Assembly: GCA_007694005.1 (NCBI GenBank)
Contig: RECN01000071.1
Location: 189-64,188, forward strand
Reading direction: 5' to 3'
Source of the DNA: Spirochaetaceae bacterium
Lineage (GTDB): Bacteria > Spirochaetota > Spirochaetia > DSM-27196 > SKKC01
Length of the DNA stretch: 64,000 nucleotides
The position numbers and the translations under genes were made by a program. The notes under the pieces were generated by a model. The model worked only from the letters and a program-made list of their open reading frames with translations. It searched no databases and was not told the DNA's origin. Of this stretch, positions 38,917 through 48,698 are shown piece by piece. The stretch's first letter is position 1. Every line of letters begins with the position of its first letter.

Positions 38917-39057
38917 ACCGTCTCCCCGCGCCGCATGGCGCATGGCGCGAAACGCGTTCCGCGTTCCACGAACGGATTTCCAGGTTTTTTTTCTGTTTGT
39001 GTATACAGATTGTCGATTGAACAGATATTCTGTCTACTGAAATCCGGGAGACCGACC

Positions 39058-39618
39058 ATGTCGAGACAGAAAGAAGTCGTGTACTGCCATACCTATCATT
39101 CTCCCCTGGGCGATCTTTACCTCGCCGTCGATCGCCGGGGGCGCGTCCTCAGGGTCAGTTTTGTCGAGTTTCTGCCCTGGGCACCACATCTTGATTTCGA
39201 GACAAACAAGTACGCCTGCGGAGAGCTTGAGCTCCAGCTCGATGAGTATTTCCAGGGTTTACGAACCGCGTTTTCGCTGGAAACACGGGTCGATGGCACT
39301 GAGTTTCAACAGTCTGTCTGGAAAAAACTCTGTAAACTACCCTACGGTTCAACAACGACCTACAGCGAACTGGCAGCGCGTATCGGTCGTAGCCGGGCTG
39401 CACGGGCTGTCGGTAACGCCATGGCAGAGAATCCGATCTGCATTCTCATCCCCTGCCACCGGGTTCTACCAACGAGCGGTGGCATAGGAAAATACGGAGC
39501 CCGGCATCTGCCTCTTGAAATCGGACGCGACCGGAAGCGGTACCTGCTTTCGCTGGAGCGGCAGTCGAACAGCGACTCGCTTGATCTGTTTGCGGCTGCC
39601 TCGGAGGCCATCGCCTGA
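39058..39618 (+). CDS. ogt: methylated-DNA--protein-cysteine methyltransferase
   Basis: GTEFQQSVW, RAVGNA and PCHRV active site. Confidence 0.92.
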   Translation: MSRQKEVVYCHTYHSPLGDLYLAVDRRGRVLRVSFVEFLPWAPHLDFETNKYACGELELQLDEYFQGLRTAFSLETRVDGTEFQQSVWKKLCKLPYGSTTTYSELAARIGRSRAARAVGNAMAENPICILIPCHRVLPTSGGIGKYGARHLPLEIGRDRKRYLLSLERQSNSDSLDLFAAASEAIA

Positions 39619-39628
39619 AACGGCTATT

Positions 39629-41203
39629 TTACTGTTTCATGGTCAGCTGCAGGAGCTGCATAAAGAAATAGACGGTGCGGTAGACCGACGCCATGCGTTC
39701 GTCTATGGATGTTTCCGAGTAGGTTTCTACCTCTTTCCAGTTCATCAGAAGCTCTGGTTTTTTCTTCTTCCGATCTTCAATAGCAAGTTTCAGCGTCTTC
39801 CCGATGGAAATAAGATGCTGCCCGGACTCGTTGATCAAGCGCTTCGCGTGTGCATCGATCTCCTCAACAATTGTGGCAACAACTTTCTGAGACGCCTTGT
39901 CGCGCTCCGATGACCGCCCGATCGCTTTTTTGAGCTTCATACCGAGCTCGCCCTCGTCGGACAGGCTGTCGTCAAACTGCACGATTTTCGCGGATAAATC
40001 CATGAGGCTGTGAAAGCAGTCGCTCAGCTGCTGACTCGCAAGCGGCTCGGTCCACTTTCCCCGAATGACCAGCAGATCCTGCAACTCCCGGACGTCTTTC
40101 TTGAAGTAGTCGATCAGAAAGGCTTTGAGATAGTTGAACGCGTCCAGATAGACGAAACCTGTGCCGACGCGAGGGCCAAGCGTTACGTTTGCCTTGTCCG
40201 TATAGAATTTCGCGCGGCTGACCGCGGTCTTTCCAAAAACCTCCTGACAGAGCCGCTCGATTTTCCTGTTTCGTTTTTCCAGCGAGATCTGCCGTAAATG
40301 TGCTTCTGCCTGTATCTTCAGTTTTTCCAGGTAGGGTTCAAGAATCCGATGCCTGCCGGTGGTAATGGTGGGCTCATAATACGGATCCCCGTCGGCCAGT
40401 CGCACGACCTGTGCAAGAACGTCCGACTTTCGCACATTCGCCAGCATGACCACGAGCTTCTTCCACGCTTTACGGTCTATGACGTCAACAGCACGATACT
40501 GCTGAAGAACATCGAGGACATCGCCCCAGTCGGATTCGAGCTCAAGGGACAGGAAAATCTCAAGAAAATCCTTGATATCATCGCTGACATACGAGGCATT
40601 AATCGGCTCGAACTTCGGTTGAAGATCGAAACTGTCCTCACCGATCGACGCATCAAACTTTCGCAGAACGAAATAGTAGTCGAACAGGACAAAGTCAAGG
40701 AACTGCCGCAGCAGTGTATACGTCCTGTTTGTGCGCTCGACCGACTGTGAGTCAAAGGACGTGTAGAACTGCTGCATAGCCGCTTTGATTCTGGCTACCA
40801 CCTGTTTCGGATCTTCTTTCTCCGCCAGTTCCCTGATCGTTTCCTCGGTGAATGCGTCACGGAAGCGTTGCTGTTCCTCAGTGAAGAAATGCTCTACAAC
40901 CAGGTCCCGAAGGCCCTGACTGTCACGGGCGTTCTGAAGCAGACTTCGAGCCGGCCCGATGACGGCATAGATATCAAAAAAAAACTTCGCGAGACCGGGC
41001 ATCGCGAGATCGCCCCTGGCGCGATAGAACTTGTATTTACTCCGGCCGAGTTCCTTCCCGATCTGCTTGAGCTGACGCTTCCGCTGCCGCTCGGGGTTGT
41101 TACCTCCGAACACAATCGAAAGAAGTTTCTCCAGGATATTTTCGTTTTCGTCGGACACCGAATCAGAACCTGCATCGGTGGCCTTTCGGGTGCTCTCGGC
41201 CAT
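39629..41203 (-). CDS. helical hypothetical protein (resembles spirochaete DUF5312 family, from memory)
   Basis: 524-aa charged helical ORF with its own promoter TTGACG-17-TACTCT; family assignment unverified. Confidence 0.7.
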   Translation of the reverse strand: MAESTRKATDAGSDSVSDENENILEKLLSIVFGGNNPERQRKRQLKQIGKELGRSKYKFYRARGDLAMPGLAKFFFDIYAVIGPARSLLQNARDSQGLRDLVVEHFFTEEQQRFRDAFTEETIRELAEKEDPKQVVARIKAAMQQFYTSFDSQSVERTNRTYTLLRQFLDFVLFDYYFVLRKFDASIGEDSFDLQPKFEPINASYVSDDIKDFLEIFLSLELESDWGDVLDVLQQYRAVDVIDRKAWKKLVVMLANVRKSDVLAQVVRLADGDPYYEPTITTGRHRILEPYLEKLKIQAEAHLRQISLEKRNRKIERLCQEVFGKTAVSRAKFYTDKANVTLGPRVGTGFVYLDAFNYLKAFLIDYFKKDVRELQDLLVIRGKWTEPLASQQLSDCFHSLMDLSAKIVQFDDSLSDEGELGMKLKKAIGRSSERDKASQKVVATIVEEIDAHAKRLINESGQHLISIGKTLKLAIEDRKKKKPELLMNWKEVETYSETSIDERMASVYRTVYFFMQLLQLTMKQ

Positions 41204-41320
41204 ACCGGCATAGAGTACGCGTGGATACCGGCAACGTCAAGTTCTTAGAGGTATTGGACAATTAAAAACGCGGCTCTCGTATTGCCGCAGCTCGCTTGTA
41301 CACGATATGGTTGTGCAACT

Positions 41321-42619
41321 ATGAATCAACTCGCACGAGAACTCAACGCACTGCTTGAAGGTACGGTTATCGGCCGCGTATTGAGCGAGTACGGCCTGCG
41401 CTCATATTTCCCGAAAGGCATCGTCGCCCAGGCTTCAGAGGCCGGGGTTAAGGCAACACGCTTCAACGCGACCGTTGGTATGGCCTACGCCGGTGGCAAG
41501 CCCATCCTCACCGAGACCGCCTCGAAACAGATACCCGGATTCTCCGCAAAGGAATCTGTTGCCTATTCGCCGACGGCCGGCATTGCGGATCTGAGGACAC
41601 AATGGGAGTCCGAGATCCGGCGCAAGAACCCCTCGCTCGCCGATACCCCGATGCTGAAACCCGTGCTCACGTCCGGGCTGACCAACGGTATTTTCCAGCT
41701 CGGCGAACTGTTCGTTGACCCCGATGATCGTATCATCATGCCGGACCTGTTCTGGGGCAACTACCGCCTCATGCTCGAAACCCGCCGGGAAGCACGCATC
41801 GTGACCTTTCCGTTTTTCGATGAATCGAATGCGTTCAATACCGAAGGGTTCCGTGCAGCGTGTGAGAAAAACCGGAGCGCCGGGAAGCTCATGGTTCTGC
41901 TGAACTTCCCGAACAACCCGGCCGGATACGCCCCGACACAGAAAGAGACCGAAAGCATCATCAAAGTGCTCTACGATCTTGCCGAAGAAGGCACGGACCT
42001 GATCGTCGTAACCGACGATGCATACTTCGGCCTGTACTATCAGACCGATGTGTATCAGGAATCGCTTTTCGCACGCTGCGCGAATCTGCACGAGCGGATC
42101 CTCGCGTGCAAGGTCGACGGCGCCACGAAGGAAGAGTACCTCTGGGGCCTGAGGCTCGGGTTCATTACCATTGCGGCACAGGGCCTGACGGCTGCTCACT
42201 ACGACGCATTCGAGAAGAAACTCACCGGGAGCATCAGGGCTTCGGTTTCGAACGGCAATACGCTCGGGCAGAATATTCTGCTCCGCATGCTTGTTGATCC
42301 GGACTGGCAGGAAGAAAAACGAAGGATCTACGAAGACATGCACGCACGTTTTGATACGGTGCAGTCGATCATCGCGAAGTACAAGGGGCCTCTGCAGGCA
42401 CTCCCCTGCAACGCGGGCTATTTTATGAGCTTCGATTGTGGAGACCTCGATGCGGAACAGATACGGATCGCCCTTCTTGAGCGCGGTATCGGAACGATTT
42501 CGATACAGAATCGCTATCTGAGAGTTGCCTTCGCGAGTGTTGACAACCACGATCTTCCCACGCTGTACGGTGAAATATTCGATGTTGTTGAAGCGATTTC
42601 GCAAGAACAGACGCACTGA
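41321..42619 (+). CDS. class I/II PLP-dependent aminotransferase
   Basis: WGNY, NFPNNPAGY, DDAY and TKEEYLWGLRLGF motifs. Confidence 0.9.
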   Translation: MNQLARELNALLEGTVIGRVLSEYGLRSYFPKGIVAQASEAGVKATRFNATVGMAYAGGKPILTETASKQIPGFSAKESVAYSPTAGIADLRTQWESEIRRKNPSLADTPMLKPVLTSGLTNGIFQLGELFVDPDDRIIMPDLFWGNYRLMLETRREARIVTFPFFDESNAFNTEGFRAACEKNRSAGKLMVLLNFPNNPAGYAPTQKETESIIKVLYDLAEEGTDLIVVTDDAYFGLYYQTDVYQESLFARCANLHERILACKVDGATKEEYLWGLRLGFITIAAQGLTAAHYDAFEKKLTGSIRASVSNGNTLGQNILLRMLVDPDWQEEKRRIYEDMHARFDTVQSIIAKYKGPLQALPCNAGYFMSFDCGDLDAEQIRIALLERGIGTISIQNRYLRVAFASVDNHDLPTLYGEIFDVVEAISQEQTH

Positions 42620-43868
42620 CCGCTTTCGGCCCTTCGTTCTCGCTGTCCTGTTCGTAACGATTCTTGCCGGCTGCGCGGACGAGCCGGTATCCCGTGTGCG
42701 AATCTGGACGGATATGCCCGAGATGCTCGACTATGCAATCCTGTTCAACCAGCAGCAGGATACCTTTACCGTCGAGGTCGAATCGCGCAGACAGCTGCTC
42801 AGCACCCTGCAGGACAGCGATGCCACACCCGATCTTGTCATCGGAAGACATCTGAATCAGGCCGCAGCCGAGGAGCTTTTCGCCGAGATAGGATCAGTCG
42901 TCGCCGCTTCGGGGGGACCACAGCAGTTCTATCCCGGGTTTCTCGCCATGGGGCGATTCGGAAACGTACAACGCCTGCTCCCGGTATCGTTCGATCTGCC
43001 GGCGGTGGTGTTTACCGATGCGATTACACCTGACCCCGAGTTCAGGCTGTATCTCGAGCTGGATGACATTCGGGATGCGGCTGCTGCCTTCAACGAACCG
43101 GGCTCCGCCGGAACGGGACGCATGGGATACTCGCCGCTGTGGGACGACGATTTCACCCGGGTGCTCGCAGATGCCTACCGGGTCGCGTTTCGTCAGGGGC
43201 CCGGCGGTGGAATACTCTGGAGCAGTGAACCGCTCCGGGACGCGCTTTCCTTTGCCGGTGAGTGGGTCGTTGAGCTGAACGAAGGGCCCGAACGTTCGGA
43301 TGATTTCCACAGACGTTACCTGACGCGACCGCGCGTTGATCTCGTGAACGACGGTCGCATAGGCTTCGCGTTTACTACCGGACAGGACTTTTTCGGAAGC
43401 AGCAATGCCGAGCGGCCGAACCTGAATCTGCGATGGGTAGCGCGTGACGGCGTCATCTCAGTCCCCGACTCCCTTGTCATGGCAGGAATTCCGGAACGCG
43501 CGCTTAACAGTGCCGGCGCCAGGGCATTTATACGCTGGCTGCTGAACCGCGAAACACAGCACGAACTGCTTGAGGCAGCCGCCGTGTCGGATCACGGTTC
43601 CCCGGGTATTGCAGGCGGATTCAGCTCCATCGTCAGAGTCAACGAACGCGACCTGCTCGAACTACATCCCTACATGCTCGGTCGCATACCGCCAGCATCC
43701 ACACTCCGATGGCCCGCGAGATATCCGCAGATGTGGCCGAGAATGCGCGATGAAGCGGTGATACCATGGATGCAGGAGCAGATCCGCCTCGGAGAATACA
43801 CCGGATCGCCGGAAAACCGCATTCAGACCTGGCTCAGACAGCAGGAACGACCATCCAGTCGCAATTAG
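42582..43868 (+). CDS. lipoprotein, extracellular solute-binding-protein-like
   Basis: Lipobox ILAG-C; PDLVIG and LPVSFDLP segments typical of sugar SBPs; upstream of a MalK-type ATPase. Confidence 0.65.
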   Translation: MLLKRFRKNRRTDRFRPFVLAVLFVTILAGCADEPVSRVRIWTDMPEMLDYAILFNQQQDTFTVEVESRRQLLSTLQDSDATPDLVIGRHLNQAAAEELFAEIGSVVAASGGPQQFYPGFLAMGRFGNVQRLLPVSFDLPAVVFTDAITPDPEFRLYLELDDIRDAAAAFNEPGSAGTGRMGYSPLWDDDFTRVLADAYRVAFRQGPGGGILWSSEPLRDALSFAGEWVVELNEGPERSDDFHRRYLTRPRVDLVNDGRIGFAFTTGQDFFGSSNAERPNLNLRWVARDGVISVPDSLVMAGIPERALNSAGARAFIRWLLNRETQHELLEAAAVSDHGSPGIAGGFSSIVRVNERDLLELHPYMLGRIPPASTLRWPARYPQMWPRMRDEAVIPWMQEQIRLGEYTGSPENRIQTWLRQQERPSSRN

Positions 43869-43889
43869 CCCCTATCGGGCTAAATTTCG

Positions 43890-43918
43890 TTGACATCGAG
43901 AAATATAGCATTTACCAT
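43890..43918 (+). promoter_or_regulatory. sigma70 promoter of the MalK/MsmX-type ATPase
   Basis: TTGACA-17-TACCAT. Confidence 0.7.
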
Positions 43919-43954
43919 CGGAAATACTAATATAACGCCGAATGGGGGTATTCC

Positions 43955-45076
43955 ATGGCAAACGTTGAGTTGAAGAACATCAACAAAATTTATGAAGGTA
44001 ATGTTCAGGCGGTTAAAGACGCGAATATTACCGTTAAGGACAAGGAATTTGTCGTTCTCGTCGGTCCATCGGGCTGCGGTAAGACGACTACGCTTCGCAT
44101 GGTTGCAGGTCTCGAAGACATAACTTCGGGCGAGCTCATCATCGACGGCAAACTCGTTAACGACGTTCCGCCGAAAGACCGCGACATCGCAATGGTCTTT
44201 CAGAACTACGCGCTGTATCCGCACATGAGCGTGTACGACAACATGGCTTTCGGTCTGAAGATCCGCAAGTTCTCCAAGGACGAGATCAAAAAGCGTGTTG
44301 ACGAAGCTGCCCGTATTCTTGACATCGAACAGCTTCTTGAGCGCAAGCCCAAGGCACTCAGTGGTGGTCAGCGACAGCGCGTTGCAGTCGGACGGGCCAT
44401 AGTGCGAAAGCCGAAGGTCTTCCTTTTCGACGAGCCGCTGTCAAACCTCGACGCGAAGCTTCGCGTACAGATGCGTGCAGAGATCTCGAGCCTTCACAAC
44501 CGTCTGCAGGCGACCATGCTCTATGTTACGCACGACCAGGTCGAAGCCATGACCATGGGTGACAAGATCGTCGTCATGAAAGACGGGCTTATTCAGCAGA
44601 TCGGTGATCCGCTGACGCTGTACAACAACCCGGTCAACCGCTTCGTAGCAGGATTCATCGGATCACCTCCGATGAACTTCATGAGCGTGAAGATCACCGA
44701 AGAAGGCGGCAAGACCTGGATCGACGAAGGTAACTTCAAGATGATGATTCAGGGTGAGCTCGCCAGCATCGCCAAGGACTACATTGGCAAGGACCTTATC
44801 TTCGGCATCCGACCCGAGGACGTGAAGTACGACCAGAAAGCTAAAGACGGTACGTACATTCCGGCTACGGTCGAAGTCGTTGAGCCGCTCGGTGCAGAGA
44901 CGCACCTCTTCCTGAACACCGGCAATCACAACTTCGTCGGACGCGTCGAGCCTTCGATCATTCTGTCTGTCGGCGACCAGGGCAAGTTCGTCCCGGATTT
45001 CTCCAAGGTAACGTTCTTCGATCCGGAAACCGAACAGAGTCTCCGTGCAGTCGCAGACATTCCGGTAGAGATCTGA
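43955..45076 (+). CDS. sugar ABC transporter ATPase (MsmX/MalK/UgpC family)
   Basis: [32 protein letters not shown] and C-terminal TOBE-like region. Confidence 0.95.
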   Translation: MANVELKNINKIYEGNVQAVKDANITVKDKEFVVLVGPSGCGKTTTLRMVAGLEDITSGELIIDGKLVNDVPPKDRDIAMVFQNYALYPHMSVYDNMAFGLKIRKFSKDEIKKRVDEAARILDIEQLLERKPKALSGGQRQRVAVGRAIVRKPKVFLFDEPLSNLDAKLRVQMRAEISSLHNRLQATMLYVTHDQVEAMTMGDKIVVMKDGLIQQIGDPLTLYNNPVNRFVAGFIGSPPMNFMSVKITEEGGKTWIDEGNFKMMIQGELASIAKDYIGKDLIFGIRPEDVKYDQKAKDGTYIPATVEVVEPLGAETHLFLNTGNHNFVGRVEPSIILSVGDQGKFVPDFSKVTFFDPETEQSLRAVADIPVEI

Positions 45077-45106
45077 TTCAGATCGCTTCGAATCCATAAT
45101 CAGGAT

Positions 45107-45139
45107 AAGCCGATCCCTTACGGGGGGTCGGCTTTTTTT
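45107..45139 (+). terminator. intrinsic terminator
   Basis: AAGCCGATCCCT-TACG-GGGGGTCGGC followed by T7. Confidence 0.85.
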
Positions 45140-45204
45140 GTGTCAGCTTGGAGCGATTGGACAGATTGCGGCGACGGCCGGATCACCGTATACTCTAGCC
45201 CTCT

Positions 45205-47001
45205 ATGTCATCCTTCAGTTTTGATTTCCGGGAACAGATACAGGCAGCGCTTCAGGAACTCATTGTGCAGTCTGAAAGCTCGTATCTCAGAATCGGGCAC
45301 AATTTTCCGCGACTTCTGAAAGAAATGGACCTCGGACTCGCAGGCAGCAGCGAGATTACAACCACGCTGAAGGGCGATAACGGGTGTGGTGAAACCACAG
45401 CCCGCGAATGCCTGAAGCGTGCGATCTCGGACGTGAGAGAACTGATACAGGACGCCTCCGCCGGTTTCGGCGAAATGAGAGCAAAAGACCAGGAAAGCTT
45501 CGCGCAACTGCACGATGCCCTGGAAAGTCTGAAGAGTCTCGACAGCAACATACACGAAATCAAGGAAGACTCCATCGAAATGGAGATCATCTCGATTAAC
45601 GCGATGACCGCGAGCATCAAGGCCGGAACCGCGGGGAAGGCGTTTTCGTTCATTACCGAAGAGCTCAAGCGCCTCGCAGAACGAACGATCGCACTGAGCG
45701 AGGAAATCAACGAACGTGGCCGGCACCTCCGCAGTGTCTTCGAGACCTATCGCAGCAACATGGAGCAGTCCGCACAGAAGCAGGAAGATGTCTTCAGCAC
45801 CGCCGGTGACCGACTCGAGGAGAGCTTTTCATTGCTGCAGAACGGGATAGGAGAGGTGGTTGCGCGACTCGGGGACATCAGCGCCGGTGCCACAGAGGTC
45901 AGGAAACCGCTGCAGCGCATCATGGAAGAAGTGCAGCTTCACGACATAATCAAACAGTCCATAGACCACGTACTGATCTCCCTGCGGGAACTTACCGACA
46001 TAACGACGCTCACCAGCGACGAGGCCGCGCTGGATGAGCTCACGTTTTTCATGCAGCTCCCCGACCTGTGCAACGACATTCTGACCGACGTGCGCTCGAA
46101 GCTGCTTGAAAGCGTCGCGGTGTTCCGGCAGGAGTCTCACCGCGCGACTGAGATCATCGAGAACACGGAGAAGGAACGCAGCGCGTACGTGCACAGATTT
46201 CTCGACGGGAACTCGCGTGACGAGGGCTCGGTACAGCACCTCTACGATCTGGCGCTGCGGCGGCTGCAACGTCTGGTCGACGACCTCGACGCCAGTCTCA
46301 GCGAGAAGCGGCGGGTCGCCGAACGCTCAAAGGTCCTGACGAAAGATGTTCTGCGGCTGTCGGAGGGCTTTCGCACCTTCCGCGTACTTCTGAACCGGTT
46401 TCGCAGCGTGGATATACACAGCCGCATAGAGGTTGCAAAGCAGAGCGTCCTGCAGAACATGAGCGCCACCGTGGACGAAATGACTGCGCTGATTGCGAGA
46501 ATTGAGGCCGACGTACAGAACGGCGTAGACACGACATCCTCGTTTATGGCGGTCGCCGAACGGGTCCTCGGGGATTTCGGCGTAATCCTGACCGAAGAAT
46601 CACACATGGTCCATGTGTTTGCGAGCCGGATTCGCGCCTGCTACGACCGCTTTCAGGACGCCCGCAGACTACTCATGCAGAGCGTGAGCGACTACGAAGT
46701 GTTCACCAATGACTTTCTCTCGCTCTTCGAAGAGTCAAAACGGGACTACACGAAACTGGAATCTCTTGCAGAGGAGATTGAGCGCGTGCGCAGTTCGCTG
46801 TTGAGCGTCCGCGATCAGGCCGCCTCAGAACGAAAACGCATCCTGCAGCGAAACGGCCTCTCGGAATGGAACATTGAGAGCGAACGCCTGCAGTCGATCA
46901 TCGCACGATTCACTATATTTACCCATAAGGAAACCGCCGGGAAACTCGCGGGGCTTGAAATTGAAGAAGGAATCGGCTCGGGAGACATTACGTTCTTCTA
47001 G
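45205..47001 (+). CDS. soluble methyl-accepting-chemotaxis-like coiled-coil protein
   Basis: ISINAMTASIKAGTAGKAFSFITEELKRLA is a degenerate MCP tip; no TM helices; precedes cheD. Confidence 0.75.
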   Translation: MSSFSFDFREQIQAALQELIVQSESSYLRIGHNFPRLLKEMDLGLAGSSEITTTLKGDNGCGETTARECLKRAISDVRELIQDASAGFGEMRAKDQESFAQLHDALESLKSLDSNIHEIKEDSIEMEIISINAMTASIKAGTAGKAFSFITEELKRLAERTIALSEEINERGRHLRSVFETYRSNMEQSAQKQEDVFSTAGDRLEESFSLLQNGIGEVVARLGDISAGATEVRKPLQRIMEEVQLHDIIKQSIDHVLISLRELTDITTLTSDEAALDELTFFMQLPDLCNDILTDVRSKLLESVAVFRQESHRATEIIENTEKERSAYVHRFLDGNSRDEGSVQHLYDLALRRLQRLVDDLDASLSEKRRVAERSKVLTKDVLRLSEGFRTFRVLLNRFRSVDIHSRIEVAKQSVLQNMSATVDEMTALIARIEADVQNGVDTTSSFMAVAERVLGDFGVILTEESHMVHVFASRIRACYDRFQDARRLLMQSVSDYEVFTNDFLSLFEESKRDYTKLESLAEEIERVRSSLLSVRDQAASERKRILQRNGLSEWNIESERLQSIIARFTIFTHKETAGKLAGLEIEEGIGSGDITFF

Positions 47002-47024
47002 ATCCAGTACAGGTAAAATCGCCC

Positions 47025-47615
47025 GTGTTCACACATCTGCACTCGAAGTTCGGCAAACGCATGATCACCATACATCCGGGAGAGTTCTATGTATCGGGTG
47101 ATGATGAAATCATTGCCACGGTACTCGGCAGCTGCATTGCAGTCGCTATGTACGATCGCATCTCGGGCTACGGCGGGCTGAACCACTTCATGCTTCCGGG
47201 TAATCTCGACCGCCCGGACAACTATCTGAGCGGCAGCGGCAAGTACGGAATGTTTGCGATGGAGCTTCTGATCAACGGGCTCCTGAAAGCTGGGTGTGAC
47301 CGGAAGCGCCTGCGGGCAAAGGTCTTCGGAGGCGGTTCGGTCCTTCGTTCAAAGCCGGCAACCAACGGCCTCACCATCCCCCAGAGTAACATCGACTTTG
47401 CCCTCGGATTCCTGAAAGCCGAAGGTATACAGATAGAGTCGCAGGACGTCGGTGGCACCACCGCACGAAAGGTTCTTTTCTTTCCGAAGACGACGAAGAT
47501 CCTCCTGAAGCGTTTCGCCGGCTCGGTGAAAACCGAAGTCGAACACGAGGAAGAACAGTACCTCGCCAAACTGCAGACGATACGCCCGAAACAGGAAGAT
47601 GTAACGCTGTTCTAG
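47025..47615 (+). CDS. cheD: chemoreceptor glutamine deamidase CheD
   Basis: TVLGSCIAV, GLNHFMLP, AKVFGG and DVGG motifs. Confidence 0.93.
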   Translation: MFTHLHSKFGKRMITIHPGEFYVSGDDEIIATVLGSCIAVAMYDRISGYGGLNHFMLPGNLDRPDNYLSGSGKYGMFAMELLINGLLKAGCDRKRLRAKVFGGGSVLRSKPATNGLTIPQSNIDFALGFLKAEGIQIESQDVGGTTARKVLFFPKTTKILLKRFAGSVKTEVEHEEEQYLAKLQTIRPKQEDVTLF

Positions 47616-48619
47616 TCGGCAGCCTCGTAATCCGCCCCGGCGGACAGGCCGGAAATCCGCGCCTGATAGGCGAGCTCGGAGAACCGTTCGATGAACACCC
47701 CGAGACTGTCGGATATCGACTCCTCGTGTGCGTCCCTGCCTGCGACCGGCGGACGGGCCGGAACACGCCGCATGAGGGCGTTTCGCAGCGACCCGGCTCC
47801 TTCGAGTGCAGAATAGAGCGGAAACAGTCTGTACGCGGCCGTCAGAGCCGGCCTGAGTTCGTCGGCGCCGTAACCGGTGAGTTCCTCGACGTCCAGACCA
47901 CCGCGGTCGCGTTCAAACGCATCGTCAAAGCGATCCCTGTTCCCCCGGGCCGTGTAATACAAGGACGTGAACGCTTCGAGGTCGCCCCGAATCTGTTCCC
48001 GCAGCGCGGCCGCCTGTGTAACGCCCGGGCCGACGCCGGGTACCGAAGCATGCGCATCCACCGGCACGGAGACAAAACGGGCGTGTTCGACATCGTACTG
48101 AAGTGCCCGCCGCGGAGTAGCAAACTGCGCGGGAGTCGCCACCGACTCTCTGGCGTGGGCGTCACGCATCGCGAAGGCTATTCCCTCGGAGACAGTCACG
48201 CGTACGCCTTCAGCGTGGCTCAGCTGTATCTCGCCGGACGTCCCGGTGACATCGACGGTGAGGTCAGCCGCCCTGATCGCGAAATCCGGACCGGTCTCCG
48301 GTGAACGCGCGCCGAAGGACACAGAACCGGAGAGAAGCCGCAGCACGAGAATATCATCATCAACCTGTTCGATCAGAAGCAGTGAGTCGGGCGCCAGGTG
48401 AATGACGGTCTGTCCGTGGCGCAGCTGCAGGACGCTGCCGCCTCCAATAAGATCGAAGGGCAGAAGCTCCATGCCGTCAGAACGGTCCTGCAGCCAGGGG
48501 CGAGCCTCCCGAAGCAGGAGCAGATCCCGGTCGGCATCGTAGAGTTCGAGCGCCGGGAGGGAGATTGCCGGCAGAGTCAGCAGGAGTATCGCGGTTCGGA
48601 GCAGACGGGAGCAGTACAC
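47612..48619 (-). CDS. exported FecR-domain-like protein
   Basis: Signal peptide; LAPDSLL...LRLLSGSV...VTGT...VTVSEG pattern. Confidence 0.6.
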   Translation of the reverse strand: MYCSRLLRTAILLLTLPAISLPALELYDADRDLLLLREARPWLQDRSDGMELLPFDLIGGGSVLQLRHGQTVIHLAPDSLLLIEQVDDDILVLRLLSGSVSFGARSPETGPDFAIRAADLTVDVTGTSGEIQLSHAEGVRVTVSEGIAFAMRDAHARESVATPAQFATPRRALQYDVEHARFVSVPVDAHASVPGVGPGVTQAAALREQIRGDLEAFTSLYYTARGNRDRFDDAFERDRGGLDVEELTGYGADELRPALTAAYRLFPLYSALEGAGSLRNALMRRVPARPPVAGRDAHEESISDSLGVFIERFSELAYQARISGLSAGADYEAAD

Positions 48620-48698
48620 ATAACTAGAATCGGAGCGAACAGCCGTCTGCTTGAGTTTGGTTGACGCGGTGCCGAAGCCTCAGTAGCATTCGAGGACT

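Noticed and set aside
38933-38966. Two 7-bp tandem duplications (GCATGGC x2, CGCGTTC x2) after hflX
   Set aside because: Too short to distinguish from slippage noise in GC-rich DNA.
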